Below are positions 63,345-64,000 of a DNA stretch of 64,000 nucleotides, one piece after another. The notes under the pieces were generated by a model. That model made no database searches and was not told the origin of the DNA. It worked only from the letters and a program-made list of their open reading frames with translations. Each line of letters begins with the position of its first letter. The first letter of the stretch is position 1. Source of the stretch: Squalus acanthias (lineage: Eukaryota); contig CM059446.1 in assembly GCA_030390025.1 (NCBI GenBank), positions 23,498,001 to 23,562,000 of the forward strand. Direction: 5' to 3'. The translations under genes and the position numbers were made by a program.

Positions 63345-64000
63345 AGCAGGGTGGATAAAGGGGAACCAGTGGATGTGGTGTATTTGGATTTCCAGAAGGC
63401 ATTCGATAAGGTGCCACATAAAAGGTTACTACACAAGATAAGAGCTCACGGGGTTGGGGGTAATATATTAGCATGGATAAAGGATTGGCTTACTAACAGA
63501 AAACAGAGAGTCAGGATAAATGGGTCATTTTCAGGTTGGCAAACTGTAACTAGTGGGGTGCCGCAGGGATCAGTACTGGGGCCTCAACTATTTACAATCT
63601 ATATTAATGACTTGGCTAAAGGGACTGAGTGTAATGTAGCCAAATTTGCTGATGATACAAAGATAGGTGGGAAAGCAAATTGTGTGGAGGACACAAAGAA
63701 TCTCCAAAGGGATATAGATAGGCTAAGTGAGTAGGCAAAAATCTGGCAGATGGAGTTTAATGTGGGAAAATGCGAGGTTATCCACTTTGGTACGAAAAAT
63801 AAAAAAGCAAATTATTATTTAAATGGGGAGAGATTACAAAATGCTGAGGTACAGAGGGATATGGGGGTCCTTGTACATGAATCACAAAGTTAGCATGCAG
63901 GTACAGCAAGTAATTAGGAAGGCAAATGGAGTGTTGGCCTTTATTGCAAAGGGAATGGAGTATAAAAGTAAGGAAGTCCTGTTACAACTGTACAGGGCGT
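63345..64000 (+). mobile_element. CR1 LINE RT fragment, runs off the window
   Basis: VDVVYLDFQKAFDKVPH, GVPQGSVLGP, FADDTK; premature TAG at 63732-63734. Confidence 0.92.

Noticed and set aside
62796-63734. 312-aa ORF as a host gene or domesticated RT
   Set aside because: A fusion of two LINE fragments in reversed domain order, with a GTG start and a premature stop inside the RT

Overview
Vertebrate genomic DNA, almost certainly a cartilaginous fish (shark/ray) judging by its HE1/V-SINE, Deu-domain SINE and CR1/L2 repeat set. It holds the last exon (C1q domain) of a multimerin/EMILIN gene on + (MMRN2 by synteny), tail-to-tail with BMPR1A (ALK3) on -. I could place ten BMPR1A coding exons (45861 down to 5534) with GT-AG boundaries and a continuous frame (1505 nt); the signal-peptide exon was not found. 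The introns are packed with CR1, L2 and RTE LINE fragments, several SINE families, PIF/Harbinger-type MITEs with 3-bp TSDs, Penelope-like fragments and a decayed DIRS element. Most notable: (1) the Smad-specificity L45 loop of this BMPR1A is rewritten ([11 protein letters not shown] vs canonical ADIKGTGSWTQ) in an otherwise intact kinase; (2) two core-intact minimal hammerhead ribozymes in Penelope-like elements, both antisense to the host gene; (3) inverted repeat pairs bracketing exon pairs (circRNA candidates); (4) a three-part Penelope/LINE/CR1 chimera that makes an in-frame fused ORF. I see no evidence of a wholly new gene system. Repeat boundaries were read by eye and are approximate; family names come from recalled consensus features, not database searches.
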